Below are positions 1 to 9,404 of a DNA stretch of 64,000 bases, in pieces; within the stretch, counting starts at the first letter, position 1, and each line of letters begins with the position of its first letter. Under the pieces are notes generated by a model that did no database searches, was not told the DNA's origin, and saw only the letters and a list, made by a program, of their open reading frames with translations. The translations under genes and the position numbers were made by a program. This stretch comes from a virus. Location of the stretch: the IMG/VR virus record IMGVR_UViG_3300031993_000003; one strand, written 5' to 3'.

Positions 1-397
1 CGGAGAGGTTCGCCCCGGTGAGGTCCGCCCCGTAGAGGTTCGCCCCGGTGAGGTCCGCCCGGTAGAGGTTCGCCTGTCGGAGGTCAGCCTCGATGAGTTT
101 CGCCCCGGCGAGGTTCGCCCCGGAGAAGTTCGCCTGTCGGAGGTCCTCACAGATGAGGTTCGCCCCGGCGAGGTTCGCCTGTCGGAGGTCAGCCTCGATG
201 AGGTTCGCCCCGGCGAGGTTCGCCTGTCGGAGGTCAGCCTCGATGAGGTTCGCCCCGGCGAGGTTCGCCCCGGAGAGGTCCGCGCCGAAGAGGTCCGCCC
301 CGGAGAGGTCCAGTTGCATCTTTTGCCAGCCCTTGCCGTCTTCCTTGAGCCAGTGCTGATGTCTTTCGATGAGTCTATTGAGTGTTTTTTGGTCCAT
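1..397 (-). CDS. Pentapeptide repeat protein (runs off window start)
   Basis: Minus-strand frame [51 protein letters not shown]...; A(D/N)Lxx repeats; AAGGAGA RBS. Confidence 0.9.
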   Translation of the reverse strand, partial: MDQKTLNRLIERHQHWLKEDGKGWQKMQLDLSGADLFGADLSGANLAGANLIEADLRQANLAGANLIEADLRQANLAGANLICEDLRQANFSGANLAGAKLIEADLRQANLYRADLTGANLYGADLTGANLS

Positions 398-470
398 AGT
401 TGTCTCCTTTTGCTTCCGGTATCCTCCCGGAGATTGCCGGGAGGCATCCCCCGGAAGTACCCGGTGGGAC

Positions 471-920
471 TCAGTAAGATTCCTGGCCCCATCCCTGGTT
501 GGGGTCGTCGGTGGCGGGGGCTGCGTCCTCGTACCGGCGGGGGAACTCGGTAATCTTGAGGGGGTACTTCATGGTCTCGGAGGAGTTGTAGTTACCGTCC
601 ATGTACGGGGAGACCTTTGGGTCCACCGGGGTGTAGTAGAGTTCGATTGCGTTGCTCCTGGATTCCTGCTTGTCCTTGCCCTGTATTCCGTTCCAGATGG
701 CGAGTTCCTCGTAGGCGTCGTGGGGCTTGCCGTCCTTGTCGAAGAAGGTGCCGTACCCGTCGTAGTTGCCGTCTACCTGGAAGTAGCCCCCGCCGAACTC
801 CTTGGGGATGAGGAGGTAGGCCTTCGTTGTGAAGGTATTTTCCTTGAGGCCCACTGTGGAGGTTGCTTCCTCGATAAGGTCCCTGCCGGTGTCCGATGTT
901 CTCCATGAAAACTGTCCCAT
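471..920 (-). CDS. Hypothetical phage protein ([10 protein letters not shown]...)
   Basis: AAAGGAGA RBS before ATG 920, downstream of the repeat; the ORF track extends it upstream through the repeat. Confidence 0.8.
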   Translation of the reverse strand: MGQFSWRTSDTGRDLIEEATSTVGLKENTFTTKAYLLIPKEFGGGYFQVDGNYDGYGTFFDKDGKPHDAYEELAIWNGIQGKDKQESRSNAIELYYTPVDPKVSPYMDGNYNSSETMKYPLKITEFPRRYEDAAPATDDPNQGWGQESY

Positions 921-1217
921 GATGATGTCTCCTTTTGTTTGACCTTGATATATTTCCCGGTAGCTCCCGGGAGCATCCCCCGGGGAGACCCGGTGGGTAT
1001 GGGGAGGAAACCGGCGGAAGCGCCTGTTCCTGTCGTCGACGAACGCGGCGTAGGACTGGAAGCCCTGCTTGCGGGCCCACTCGTCCCTGGCGCTGTCGGA
1101 TGCCGGGACCTGCTGCTGTGACGCCCTGTACCTGCGGCGCATCTCCGCGCGGAGCACTCTTCTAGTTCTTGACATGTTTCGCCTTCTTCGGTGAACCATG
1201 CCTGAAATATAGCATAT

Positions 1218-1727
1218 TTAGGGATCGGAGAACTTGAACGTTTCCGTGACGACGCGCTCGATGATGCGGAAGTTCTCCGCGGGAACATTGCGTTCGGCGT
1301 AGCGGCTGACATACCGTTCGCGGAGCTCGTCCGCGTCCTTGCGGTCCTTGAACCAGCGCTGCGCCTCCCCGGCGTAGCATCCGCCGAAGTGCGGGAGGAC
1401 CTTCTTGGTCCCCATGTCGAACACGGCGTATTCGTGGCGGCTCGTGTCGGGCATCGGGCGTTCCGCGCTCTCGTTGTTGATCCATCCCGAGGCATCCTTA
1501 ATCGAGGACACGTAAGGGATAAACTTGACGCCGGAAACCGGGAGGTCCCTGTCGGCGATTTCGATGAGGTAGAAGTGCTCGTCGTAGCTTCCGCCAATCC
1601 ATGCCGGAAGCGGGATTGCGAAGCGCTCGCCCTTCTTGATGTCGCTTTCCTGGTAAATCTTAAGGCCGGCGATCTGGTTCGCTCCGACCATGCGCTGTCT
1701 GATTTTGGCTATTTCTTCGCTTGGCAT
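1218..1727 (-). CDS. Hypothetical protein
   Basis: GGAGA RBS, start MPSEEIAK, overlaps end of the upstream gene. Confidence 0.7.
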   Translation of the reverse strand: MPSEEIAKIRQRMVGANQIAGLKIYQESDIKKGERFAIPLPAWIGGSYDEHFYLIEIADRDLPVSGVKFIPYVSSIKDASGWINNESAERPMPDTSRHEYAVFDMGTKKVLPHFGGCYAGEAQRWFKDRKDADELRERYVSRYAERNVPAENFRIIERVVTETFKFSDP

Positions 1728-2065
1728 GTGCCGTTCTCCATTACAAAGGTTTCCATCGTGCACTTTTCCTGCTTGATGTCGACGTGGATGAAATGCTCTC
1801 CGGGCTGGACAAGGTTCATCGCCGCGCGGCATGCCGTCCTGAGCTGGCCGACGATGAGCCTGGCGGCATCGAGGGCTTTCCGGGAGGCATCGTCGGAGTT
1901 ACCGATTTCTGTCTTGAGGGCGGCTACCCAGTCGTCGAAGGAGCCGTATGCTTCTATTACGTCGTCGACGTATCCGTTGTAGCAGGCCTGGGCGATTCCG
2001 CCGTTGCAAATCTGGTAGTGGAGGTGGCCGAGCCAGTAGAGCGCGGTATGTTCTGTATTTTCCAT
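1709..2065 (-). CDS. DMP19/DUF4375-like acidic protein (possible DNA mimic)
   Basis: Motif YQICNGGIAQACYNGY resembles the QVxNGGxxQ motif of that family; RBS and repeat upstream. Confidence 0.5.
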   Translation of the reverse strand: MENTEHTALYWLGHLHYQICNGGIAQACYNGYVDDVIEAYGSFDDWVAALKTEIGNSDDASRKALDAARLIVGQLRTACRAAMNLVQPGEHFIHVDIKQEKCTMETFVMENGTCQAKK

Positions 2066-2189
2066 CTTGGTGTCTCCTGTGTATGTGTACCGTATATTTC
2101 CCGGTGAGTGCCCGGGAGCATCCCCCGGGGAGACCCGGTGGGTATGGGGAGGAAACCGGCGGAAGCGCCTGTCGTATTTCTTGGGACAA

Positions 2190-2223
2190 ACGAAAGAAGC
2201 CTCCCGGTAGATTCCGGGAGGCC
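2190..2223 (-). terminator. Intrinsic terminator built on CCGG-N6-CCGG
   Basis: Minus strand GCCTCCCGG-aatcta-CCGGGAGGC-TTCTTTCGTTT; same design at about 5417, 7493, 12151, 13969, 16638, 17348, 21453, 21925, 22576, 23521, 24529, 24995. Confidence 0.85.
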
Positions 2224-2242
2224 ACTGGGAGACAACAAAAGA

Positions 2243-3325
2243 TTAAATATTTTTCTTGATTTCGTCGATTTCTGCCTGGATTACCTTGACAAGTCCTTCC
2301 AGTTTCTTCACGCGTTCTTCCAGGGACTTGTCCTTGGTGGGTTCCTGGGTTTCCTCGGTAGTTTCCTGGAAGTGACGGTTATCGTCCAGGGATTCGATGG
2401 TTTCCCGGAGGGATTCGGGGGTGACCTTGGCTACGTCGACGTTGACGCCGGACCGGGTTGACCATAGGTTGAGGTACTCGGTTTTTTCGGCGGGGCGGGA
2501 AACGAAGTCTACATGGAACTCGGTACCCTTGTATAAGAACCACGCTTCAATCCACTGGCAGTCCTCGTCGCCGTCTGCGGCGATTTCGGACATGGTGGCC
2601 TCCGGCAGGTACGACCTGAAGAACAGGCTGGCGGTAATCTTGAGCTGCTCGGCGGTCTTCGCCGGAATCTTCCGGGAGGTGTCCAGGGTATCGAGGGCCT
2701 TGAACATGGCCGTTACCGGGGTGACCTTGTTTTTTTCGACGAAATCGTCAAAATGTTTTTTAATTTCGTATTCGTCCGTTTCCTCGTAGACTTCGATGTC
2801 CGGTTCGGCGTCGCATGTGGGGACCTTCGGGTCGGCGAAGAACATGATGCGGGTATTTTCCCCGGCCCAGAAGAGGTATGCGGTGAACTTGGTTCCCCTG
2901 TAGGAGAGGGTGAACTCGCAATCCTTTTTGTCCTGTTCCTTCCCTATGGCTTCCGCGGTGGCACCGGGGAGGAGCTGGGGGAATAGGAGGATTGCGAAGT
3001 CGCGGGCTTCGCGGTAGGGGCGGTCTGTGTCGACGAGGGAGTTCCAGAGTTCGCGGCCGAGGGATTCCGGGTCATGGATGTCGAGGTCCACTACGAGGTC
3101 CAGGATGGAATCGTAGGCGTCCTGGGAGAATGTGTTGAATACGACGTGGCCGCCGACCTGGAATGCGCCGGATTCTCCCAGTTCCACGGTGGAGGGGGAG
3201 TTGACCCACTTTGACTTGCGGATTTCCTCTACCGCCTTGGAGGCGAGGTATTCGGACTCGAGTCGTATGATGCCGGATAAGTCGGCTTGTGAATGCTTCT
3301 GAAAGGCTATTTCGGTGTACTTCAT
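2243..3325 (-). CDS. Hypothetical acidic protein with internal duplication and C-terminal coiled coil
   Basis: AAGGAGA RBS, start MKYTEIAF; LLPGAT..YRGTKF and YLPEAT..YKGTEF internal repeat. Confidence 0.8.
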   Translation of the reverse strand: MKYTEIAFQKHSQADLSGIIRLESEYLASKAVEEIRKSKWVNSPSTVELGESGAFQVGGHVVFNTFSQDAYDSILDLVVDLDIHDPESLGRELWNSLVDTDRPYREARDFAILLFPQLLPGATAEAIGKEQDKKDCEFTLSYRGTKFTAYLFWAGENTRIMFFADPKVPTCDAEPDIEVYEETDEYEIKKHFDDFVEKNKVTPVTAMFKALDTLDTSRKIPAKTAEQLKITASLFFRSYLPEATMSEIAADGDEDCQWIEAWFLYKGTEFHVDFVSRPAEKTEYLNLWSTRSGVNVDVAKVTPESLRETIESLDDNRHFQETTEETQEPTKDKSLEERVKKLEGLVKVIQAEIDEIKKNI

Positions 3326-3400
3326 GGTGTTGTCTCCTTGTTTGAATACGGTATGCCTCCCGGGGATTGCGGGAGGCATCCCCCGGTGGTACCCGGTGGG

Positions 3401-3712
3401 CTACAGTGTCTTAATGGTGTCAGCGAAGGCGTTGCGACCTTCTGGGGTGAGAACGTCGTACTTCACGAAGAGTTCGTATAGGGCGAATAGGAAGTCCTTG
3501 TTTAGCGTACCGTACCGGACGCCCTTTGCGATGTTCGCTTGGTTGAAGTCCTCGTAGGAGTGCACCAGGGTTTCCCGGTCAATCTTGTAGGCGGCAGTAG
3601 ACTTTCTGCGGTTTGGCCGGTTCGTCTGTTTCCAGAACCAGTCCTTGCATGCGGTGTCGTTGAGGCGTACCAGTGCGGTCCACTGGAAGTCCGAGAGCTT
3701 AATCTTTGCCAT
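3401..3712 (-). CDS. Hypothetical protein
   Basis: ORF with GGGAGA RBS, within operon. Confidence 0.75.
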   Translation of the reverse strand: MAKIKLSDFQWTALVRLNDTACKDWFWKQTNRPNRRKSTAAYKIDRETLVHSYEDFNQANIAKGVRYGTLNKDFLFALYELFVKYDVLTPEGRNAFADTIKTL

Positions 3713-3731
3713 GGTGGGTTCTCCCGGTGGT

Positions 3732-4007
3732 TTACTGGTAGAATTCGAGTTCCTCGATGTGGAAGACCTCGGACTCGGATTCTCCGTCCTCGACCCATGC
3801 GATGGTCACCCACTTGACGCCGGAGTTTACGGCCTCGGCCACCGCCTCTACACTGGCAGGCTCCGGGGAGTCACCGAAGGTGGCACCGGGATGCAGGCAG
3901 ATGATGGTGGCCACCTCGTCGCAGAGGGTCTGGAGGACGTTTCCTTCCAGTTCGTCGTCGACTGCCATGATGGAGTTGTCGTGGATAAGTAAAAATTTTT
4001 TAAGCAT
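3732..4007 (-). CDS. Hypothetical acidic protein
   Basis: AAGGAGA RBS, start MLKKFLL. Confidence 0.75.
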   Translation of the reverse strand: MLKKFLLIHDNSIMAVDDELEGNVLQTLCDEVATIICLHPGATFGDSPEPASVEAVAEAVNSGVKWVTIAWVEDGESESEVFHIEELEFYQ

Positions 4008-4188
4008 CGTTTGTCTCCTTTGCGCTGAACGTGCGCTTGGCAAGGTGGGGGCGGCCGTCGTCCCCGATTACCGGGTAGACGACCTGTTTGCCGCCCGTGA
4101 CGAACTTTGTGAAGATGTCGGACTTCTGGTAGCCCTGGGAAACGAGTTCCTCGATGAACTTGTTGGCGAGTTCGGTGTATTCGGCCAT
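4000..4188 (-). CDS. Hypothetical protein
   Basis: Coupled to neighbours (TAATG overlap). Confidence 0.7.
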   Translation of the reverse strand: MAEYTELANKFIEELVSQGYQKSDIFTKFVTGGKQVVYPVIGDDGRPHLAKRTFSAKETNDA

Positions 4189-4391
4189 TATTCTTCCCCC
4201 TCGATGTTGATGGTGAGCACGTCGGAATTTTTCTCGATGCAGTCGATGGAGTAGATTTCCTCATAGAGGAGTTCCTGGGGGATTTCGTCGGCGGTGCCGG
4301 TGAAGACGACCTCGTCCTTTGAGAGGGAGTAGAGGTCGACTTTCTGGAAGGAAGGGTCTACGAGGGTGTCTACGAGTTCGTCTATGGTCAT
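4188..4391 (-). CDS. Hypothetical acidic protein
   Basis: AAAGGAGA RBS after repeat, start MTIDEL. Confidence 0.8.
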   Translation of the reverse strand: MTIDELVDTLVDPSFQKVDLYSLSKDEVVFTGTADEIPQELLYEEIYSIDCIEKNSDVLTINIEGEE

Positions 4392-4468
4392 TGGTTGTCT
4401 CCTTTTGTTTGAAAATTGTATTCCTCCCGGTAGCACCCGGGAGCATCCCCCGGGGCTACCGGTGGATA

Positions 4469-4792
4469 TTACGGCTTGATTACCAGGGGCTTCCGGTGTT
4501 TGCTGGTGGATTCCTGGCAGACGACCACCTGGTTGCGCCCGATTCTTTCCGGGAGGAACAATGCCACGTCGTCGAACAGCTCTTCGGCCGTTTTATCCGG
4601 CTTGACGAAGATGTAGCCGCAGATTGGCTTGGGTTTTCCCGGTGCGCCCACGGCGAGCACGGTTTCTGTCCATGTATGCTTCTTGCAGTGCCCGGTGTCG
4701 CGGACATGGCAGAGCCAGTTGGCCGCCTGGCGTACAATGGTGTCCCTTTTCGGGGTGAGTTTTGACTTGATGTCCTTGCAGTAGTCCTTCAT
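4469..4792 (-). CDS. Hypothetical protein
   Basis: Single-gene cassette between repeats, GAAAGGAGA RBS. Confidence 0.8.
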   Translation of the reverse strand: MKDYCKDIKSKLTPKRDTIVRQAANWLCHVRDTGHCKKHTWTETVLAVGAPGKPKPICGYIFVKPDKTAEELFDDVALFLPERIGRNQVVVCQESTSKHRKPLVIKP

Positions 4793-4868
4793 TGTGCTGT
4801 CTCCTTTCGGTTAAAAAAATATGCCTACCGGTAGCACCCGGGAGCATCCCCCGGGGGCTCCCGGTAGG

Positions 4869-5291
4869 TTACCAGTTGATTCCGTTGTAGCTGAACCTGT
4901 CCTCGTCGGTATGGACGTTGGGTACGATGGTGGCCTTCTTCATGCGGTCGACCTGGGCTTCGTAGATTGCCTTCAGTTCTGCCTCGGAGAGTGCATGGGC
5001 ATCCATCTGCTCGCGGGACATGGCGAACCTGGGGTCCTTGGCCTGCTCCAGGGGTAGCATGAACCTTGCCGCGTAGTGGTTCCAGGACTTGAGGTCGTTG
5101 TAGCAGTAGAGGCTGATGGCCATGCTCATGGCGTCCAGTGCTGCTAGGCGGTGTATCTCCTGGGGGGTCTGGAGGTAGAAGTAGGCTATTGATACGCCTG
5201 GGTTCCTTTCCTGGACGGCATATTCTATTTCTCCCGATTCCTTCTTGATTTCCGGGTCGGACAGACCCACCTTTCCGAGCTTGAGTTCCAT
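4869..5291 (-). CDS. Hypothetical protein
   Basis: Single-gene cassette, AAAGGAGA RBS. Confidence 0.8.
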   Translation of the reverse strand: MELKLGKVGLSDPEIKKESGEIEYAVQERNPGVSIAYFYLQTPQEIHRLAALDAMSMAISLYCYNDLKSWNHYAARFMLPLEQAKDPRFAMSREQMDAHALSEAELKAIYEAQVDRMKKATIVPNVHTDEDRFSYNGINW

Positions 5292-5465
5292 GTCAGTCTC
5301 CTTTGGTTATTGTATGTATGCCTCCCGGTAGCATCCGGAGGCATCCCCCGGGAGGACCCGGTGGGTATGACGGGAGGACGCAGGACGGAAGCCCGGTTCC
5401 TTCAGTGAACTGAGAAGCCTCCCGGGGATTACCGGGAGGCTACTGGGAGACAACAAGTTATTAGT

Positions 5466-6653
5466 TTAAAGTGGTTTGCTGCAGAGGGGGCAGAACTTCC
5501 ACTCGAAGCAACCGGCGTAGTGTCCTTCCTTGTATACGTTCACCTCCCGGGTATTCCCTGCACGCTGGACGTGGAGGGATTCGGAGCCGAAGTCCATTTC
5601 CTTGCCGGAGCAGAAGGGACATTCCGGTTCCTCCGGGGTGTCTTCCGGGGGTACGATGCAGTTCTCGAGGTGCTGTTTGAGTTGTTCGTAGGTGAAGCCG
5701 CCGCCGAAAAGTCCTTCGCCCTTGCCGGTTGCCCTGAAGTAAAATTTATTTTCCCTGCACTTGATGGTCAGCGGGATGCCCCGGTAGGTACCCTTCCATT
5801 CGATTGTCCCGTCGAGGTCGACCGACTGGGACGTTGCTTTGAACTCCGGGATGGTCTCGCCGTACTTGGATTCGGCGTAGAAGTCGAATTTAAAATAAAA
5901 ATTTACAACTTCTTCCCTCGCGTTATACGGGTCCTTGATGCAGAGCTCGTCGTCCGGCCGGTTTTCCGGCCAGATGAACATGAAGTCCTCGCGGTCCTTG
6001 TCGGTAACCTTGTAGGTCCTCTTGAACCGGCAAATGAATTTTTCCCCGGCGAAGGTAAACGGGAGGTCGAGCATGCTGACCTGGGCGCCGTCGAAGTGCA
6101 TTTCGTGGTTCCCGTCAGCGACCTTGGCTTCCGGGATGCTTCTGAGGAGTACGTCGCGTGCCATGTTCTCGGCGACTGCCGGGGGAACCATGTTGTCCAT
6201 CATTTCCTTGAACGGGTCGTATTCCGGGTCGTCGTCGTCGTCGTCGTTGGTGTAGACCACGTCGACGTTCCTGCGGTCGTAGCCGTTCTTCTCGAGGAGG
6301 TTCAGCACGTAGAGCGCGATTGCCTGCTCGGCCTCGGTGGGCATCTCCTTGCACCCGGTGGCCTCGACGGATTCCGTCAGTGCCACGATGGTGCCGTGGG
6401 ACTTGGAGTAGGCGACGTATGCCCCTGCTCCGGTATTCGGCCAGATGCAGTGGTACTTGGCGCGGAACGCCTTGAACCATTCGATGGGGGCGTCGTATTC
6501 GTCCGCGTAGTTATCCCTGGGCATGGCGAAGGCCAGGTCGCCGTACTGGGCGGGGACCAGGTCGAGGTTCTCGAGGTATTCCACCACCCCGCAGATGTCC
6601 GGGTGGTTCTTGATTGCGAGGACGGAAAGGGTCAGCTTCTTGTTGTTCTTCAT
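5466..6653 (-). CDS. Hypothetical multi-domain protein with C-terminal CPFC...CPLC zinc ribbon
   Basis: AGGAGA RBS, start MKNNKK; two CxxC pairs at the C-terminus. Confidence 0.8.
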   Translation of the reverse strand: MKNNKKLTLSVLAIKNHPDICGVVEYLENLDLVPAQYGDLAFAMPRDNYADEYDAPIEWFKAFRAKYHCIWPNTGAGAYVAYSKSHGTIVALTESVEATGCKEMPTEAEQAIALYVLNLLEKNGYDRRNVDVVYTNDDDDDDPEYDPFKEMMDNMVPPAVAENMARDVLLRSIPEAKVADGNHEMHFDGAQVSMLDLPFTFAGEKFICRFKRTYKVTDKDREDFMFIWPENRPDDELCIKDPYNAREEVVNFYFKFDFYAESKYGETIPEFKATSQSVDLDGTIEWKGTYRGIPLTIKCRENKFYFRATGKGEGLFGGGFTYEQLKQHLENCIVPPEDTPEEPECPFCSGKEMDFGSESLHVQRAGNTREVNVYKEGHYAGCFEWKFCPLCSKPL

Positions 6654-6727
6654 GGTGTTGTCTCCTATTTGCATATAGTATGCCTCCCGGTAGATACTGG
6701 GTGCATCCCCCGGGGATTCCCGGTGGA

Positions 6728-6874
6728 CTACCTGGACTTCTCCGGGAGGAACCGGGAGACCCTGGCGACGACCAGTGTGTGCGGGGGTAGGATTGAAGGA
6801 ATCAGCATGGGTGCCGAGTAAAAGAATTCCTTTGGCACTGCCATTCTAGGAAGCGGGATAGGTGGTTTAGCCAT
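6728..6874 (-). CDS. Small Pro-rich protein (48 aa)
   Basis: GGAGG RBS, MAKPPIPLPRMAVPK... Confidence 0.5.
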   Translation of the reverse strand: MAKPPIPLPRMAVPKEFFYSAPMLIPSILPPHTLVVARVSRFLPEKSR

Positions 6875-6886
6875 GATTTCCTCCGA

Positions 6887-7351
6887 TTACCCGAACTTGA
6901 CCACCTGGGCCCATTCGGTATCGGTGTCGTAGGATTTCTTGAACTTGAGGTATTCCGGGGTCTTCTGGTAGACCGCGCTGTGCGGGAGCGCCCAGGCGAA
7001 CCCGTCGATGTCGTCGTATGCGTCGTCCGGGTGGTTGTACACCAGGTAGAGCCCCTTGAGGCCGGTCTTCTCCCGGAAGTTATCGGTAGCTTCCGTCAGC
7101 GCCTTGGCGAGCTCGCCGTAGTCGGACTGGAAGGCATCCTCGGCACCGTCCGGGATGTCGCAGTAGTAGGACAGCTCGCTGGGGTCGTCCTCGTAGACCT
7201 TCTCGAGGAAGTCGTCGTTGTTGCACTTGTACTTGCCGGAGAAGGCTTCCACCTTGGCGATTACATCTTCCACGGCCTTCTTGCCGAGTACCTTTTCTAC
7301 GATGCGGTCAGCGACCACTTCGTGTATTGATACGATTGCACCCATGCTCAT
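6887..7351 (-). CDS. Hypothetical acidic protein
   Basis: RBS and repeat upstream. Confidence 0.8.
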   Translation of the reverse strand: MSMGAIVSIHEVVADRIVEKVLGKKAVEDVIAKVEAFSGKYKCNNDDFLEKVYEDDPSELSYYCDIPDGAEDAFQSDYGELAKALTEATDNFREKTGLKGLYLVYNHPDDAYDDIDGFAWALPHSAVYQKTPEYLKFKKSYDTDTEWAQVVKFG

Positions 7352-7538
7352 GATGTTGTCTCCTTTTGTTTGAATCTAGTATGCCTCCCGGTGGCTTCCG
7401 GGAGCATCCCCCGGTAATACCCGGTGGGTTACCGGGAGGTAACCGGTGTCTTCGCGAAGGCAGTCGTCTTCCGCCGGGAGGAAACGAAGAAGCCTCCCGG
7501 AAGTTACCGGGAGGCCACTGGAGGCAACAAAGAAAAAA

Positions 7539-8222
7539 TTAACCTATTGACTTGGCATACTGGTATTTTTCCAGTACGCAGTTCTCGATGTGTTCGCGGA
7601 GCTGTCGCGTAATGGGGAAGAACATGGAGCGAAGGTCGTCGTCCTTGCTGTTGACGTGGGGATAGGCGACGAACAGGCCGTTCACCCCGTCCACAATCTT
7701 CAGGTCGCGGAGGATGAGCTGGTCGTTCAGCACCACTGTCGCTATTCCTACCGTATGGCCTTCCGGCTTGGTGAAGGGGAATACCTGCACCTGGGTCACC
7801 GCGAGGCAGTCGAAGTAGTTGGACTTCTCGCGGTCTTCCGGTTGCAACCGGGAGGCGCCGGTGAGCTTGTCTAAGAGGGCTCCCATTTCTCCCTTCATGT
7901 ACTCCTTGTCCTCGATGAGCTCCTTCAGGTCGGGAGCGCCGTTCTTGCCGTGTCCCTCGGAGTCAACCCAGGGCATGGCCTCGGCTACGGGGTCGTAGCA
8001 GTCGATGTAGTCCTGGAGCTCACCGGCGATTTCCTTGACGGTGGGCTTCCCGGAGATTACGAGGGCGGCGATGAAGTCCTCCCCGGCGGGGGAAGAAGTC
8101 TCGAACTCGACGACGGTTTCTGCGCGGTCTCCGTTCTGGCTGACGCTCGCGCTCCATTCGGTGTCCTTGATGATTTCTTCCAGTTTCTCCTGGGTCTTTT
8201 CGTAGTAAGATTTGCGTGCCAT
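7539..8222 (-). CDS. spoVG: SpoVG-domain fusion protein (unknown N-terminal domain)
   Basis: C-terminus VTQVQVFPF...ATVVLNDQLILRDLKIVDGVNGLFVAYP...FPITRQLREHIENCVLEKY is SpoVG-like. Confidence 0.8.
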   Translation of the reverse strand: MARKSYYEKTQEKLEEIIKDTEWSASVSQNGDRAETVVEFETSSPAGEDFIAALVISGKPTVKEIAGELQDYIDCYDPVAEAMPWVDSEGHGKNGAPDLKELIEDKEYMKGEMGALLDKLTGASRLQPEDREKSNYFDCLAVTQVQVFPFTKPEGHTVGIATVVLNDQLILRDLKIVDGVNGLFVAYPHVNSKDDDLRSMFFPITRQLREHIENCVLEKYQYAKSIG

Positions 8223-8306
8223 GTTGCTGTCTCCTTGTTGTACTTGGCATATACCCCCGGTACCTCCCGGGAGCATCCCCCGGTGTCAGCCGGTGGGCTG
8301 CCGGTG

Positions 8307-8633
8307 TCAGCCGTCTACCTCAACGTTGACTATGAAGGCGTTGCCGTCGTGGTCGCACAGTTGCCATTCGCCAAGGAAATCGTCCTCCACGTCGCTATGC
8401 GATACCTCGGAGTAGGTTCCCTCCGCGTTGCGCTTGAACAGCACGGCCTCCGTCCAGCAGGGCTCCTCGTCACCGCAGCCGACGATTTTCATGTCCACCA
8501 GGTACAGGTCGTCGAGGAACGACGCGGTTTCCCCGTCCGAGGCCATGTCGTCCATGAGTCCGGGTTCGGAAAGCGCACGCTTGATGAAGTCGGCGCGTTC
8601 CTTGGAAATCTTTATTGTCTTGTAGTAGTCCAT
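8307..8633 (-). CDS. Hypothetical acidic protein
   Basis: Single-gene cassette. Confidence 0.8.
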   Translation of the reverse strand: MDYYKTIKISKERADFIKRALSEPGLMDDMASDGETASFLDDLYLVDMKIVGCGDEEPCWTEAVLFKRNAEGTYSEVSHSDVEDDFLGEWQLCDHDGNAFIVNVEVDG

Positions 8634-8706
8634 AGTTGTCTCCTTGTTGTATAAGAATTATCCTCCCGGGAGCTCCCGGGAGCATCCCCCGGACGTTCCC
8701 GGTGGG

Positions 8707-9060
8707 CTAAAAGTCCTTGCCCGGGCGGGGCTGGTAGACGTTCAGCTTCTTGACTTCGACCGGGAACCCCTTGCCGTCCATGTCGTCGTGCCAGTCTGCG
8801 CGGTACTGCTCGAGCATGTACTTGACGTGCTCCGGGTCGCACCGGTCGGTTCCAGGGCGGGTGTGGGCATAGTAGTCGTAGCCGGACTCGTTGTAGTAGT
8901 GGCTGTTGCCGGATTCTGTGCAGACACACTCGACCCAGCTCTTGTGGCACGCCTGCGAGCAGTTCCAGAAAAAAATAATCGGGAACCAGCACTTCTGGTA
9001 CTTGTTGTATTCCTGCCGGAGAACAAATACGTTCTCCCAGTTCTTGACTTGTCTAGCCAT
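8707..9060 (-). CDS. Hypothetical protein
   Basis: AAGGAGA RBS. Confidence 0.75.
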   Translation of the reverse strand: MARQVKNWENVFVLRQEYNKYQKCWFPIIFFWNCSQACHKSWVECVCTESGNSHYYNESGYDYYAHTRPGTDRCDPEHVKYMLEQYRADWHDDMDGKGFPVEVKKLNVYQPRPGKDF

Positions 9061-9195
9061 AGTTGTCTCCTTGATTTAAATATTTGGCTATATTCAGCCA
9101 AAGTGTTGCTGGGTTGTTAGCTGTTAATGAAAATGTTAATAAAATTTAACTAAACATACTTAAATATGCTAATGGAAATAATGTATATTTAGTTA

Positions 9196-9402
9196 TGCCT
9201 AGTTTGATATGCCGACCGTGTTAAGGCTCTTCAGTAATGAAGTAGGACTAGGCAAGTCAGCCGTATTGCTTGATGCATATTAGGTATATCGCGTAGATAC
9301 GGTTGATTAAGTGCCGTTACGGCCTACCCAGTGATGGGCAAGGTAGGAAATCACATAGGTCTATCTCTTGGTAGATTTAGGTAGGTTTCAGTTAACGGTT
9401 AA
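9196..9402 (+). ncRNA. Putative structured ncRNA (~205 nt), family unassigned
   Basis: ORF-free; TATATT at 9184-9189; stems 9196-9203/9247-9254 and 9255-9266/9297-9308; GNRA-capped hairpins; G-U pairs favour the + strand. Confidence 0.55.
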
Positions 9403-9404
9403 GA

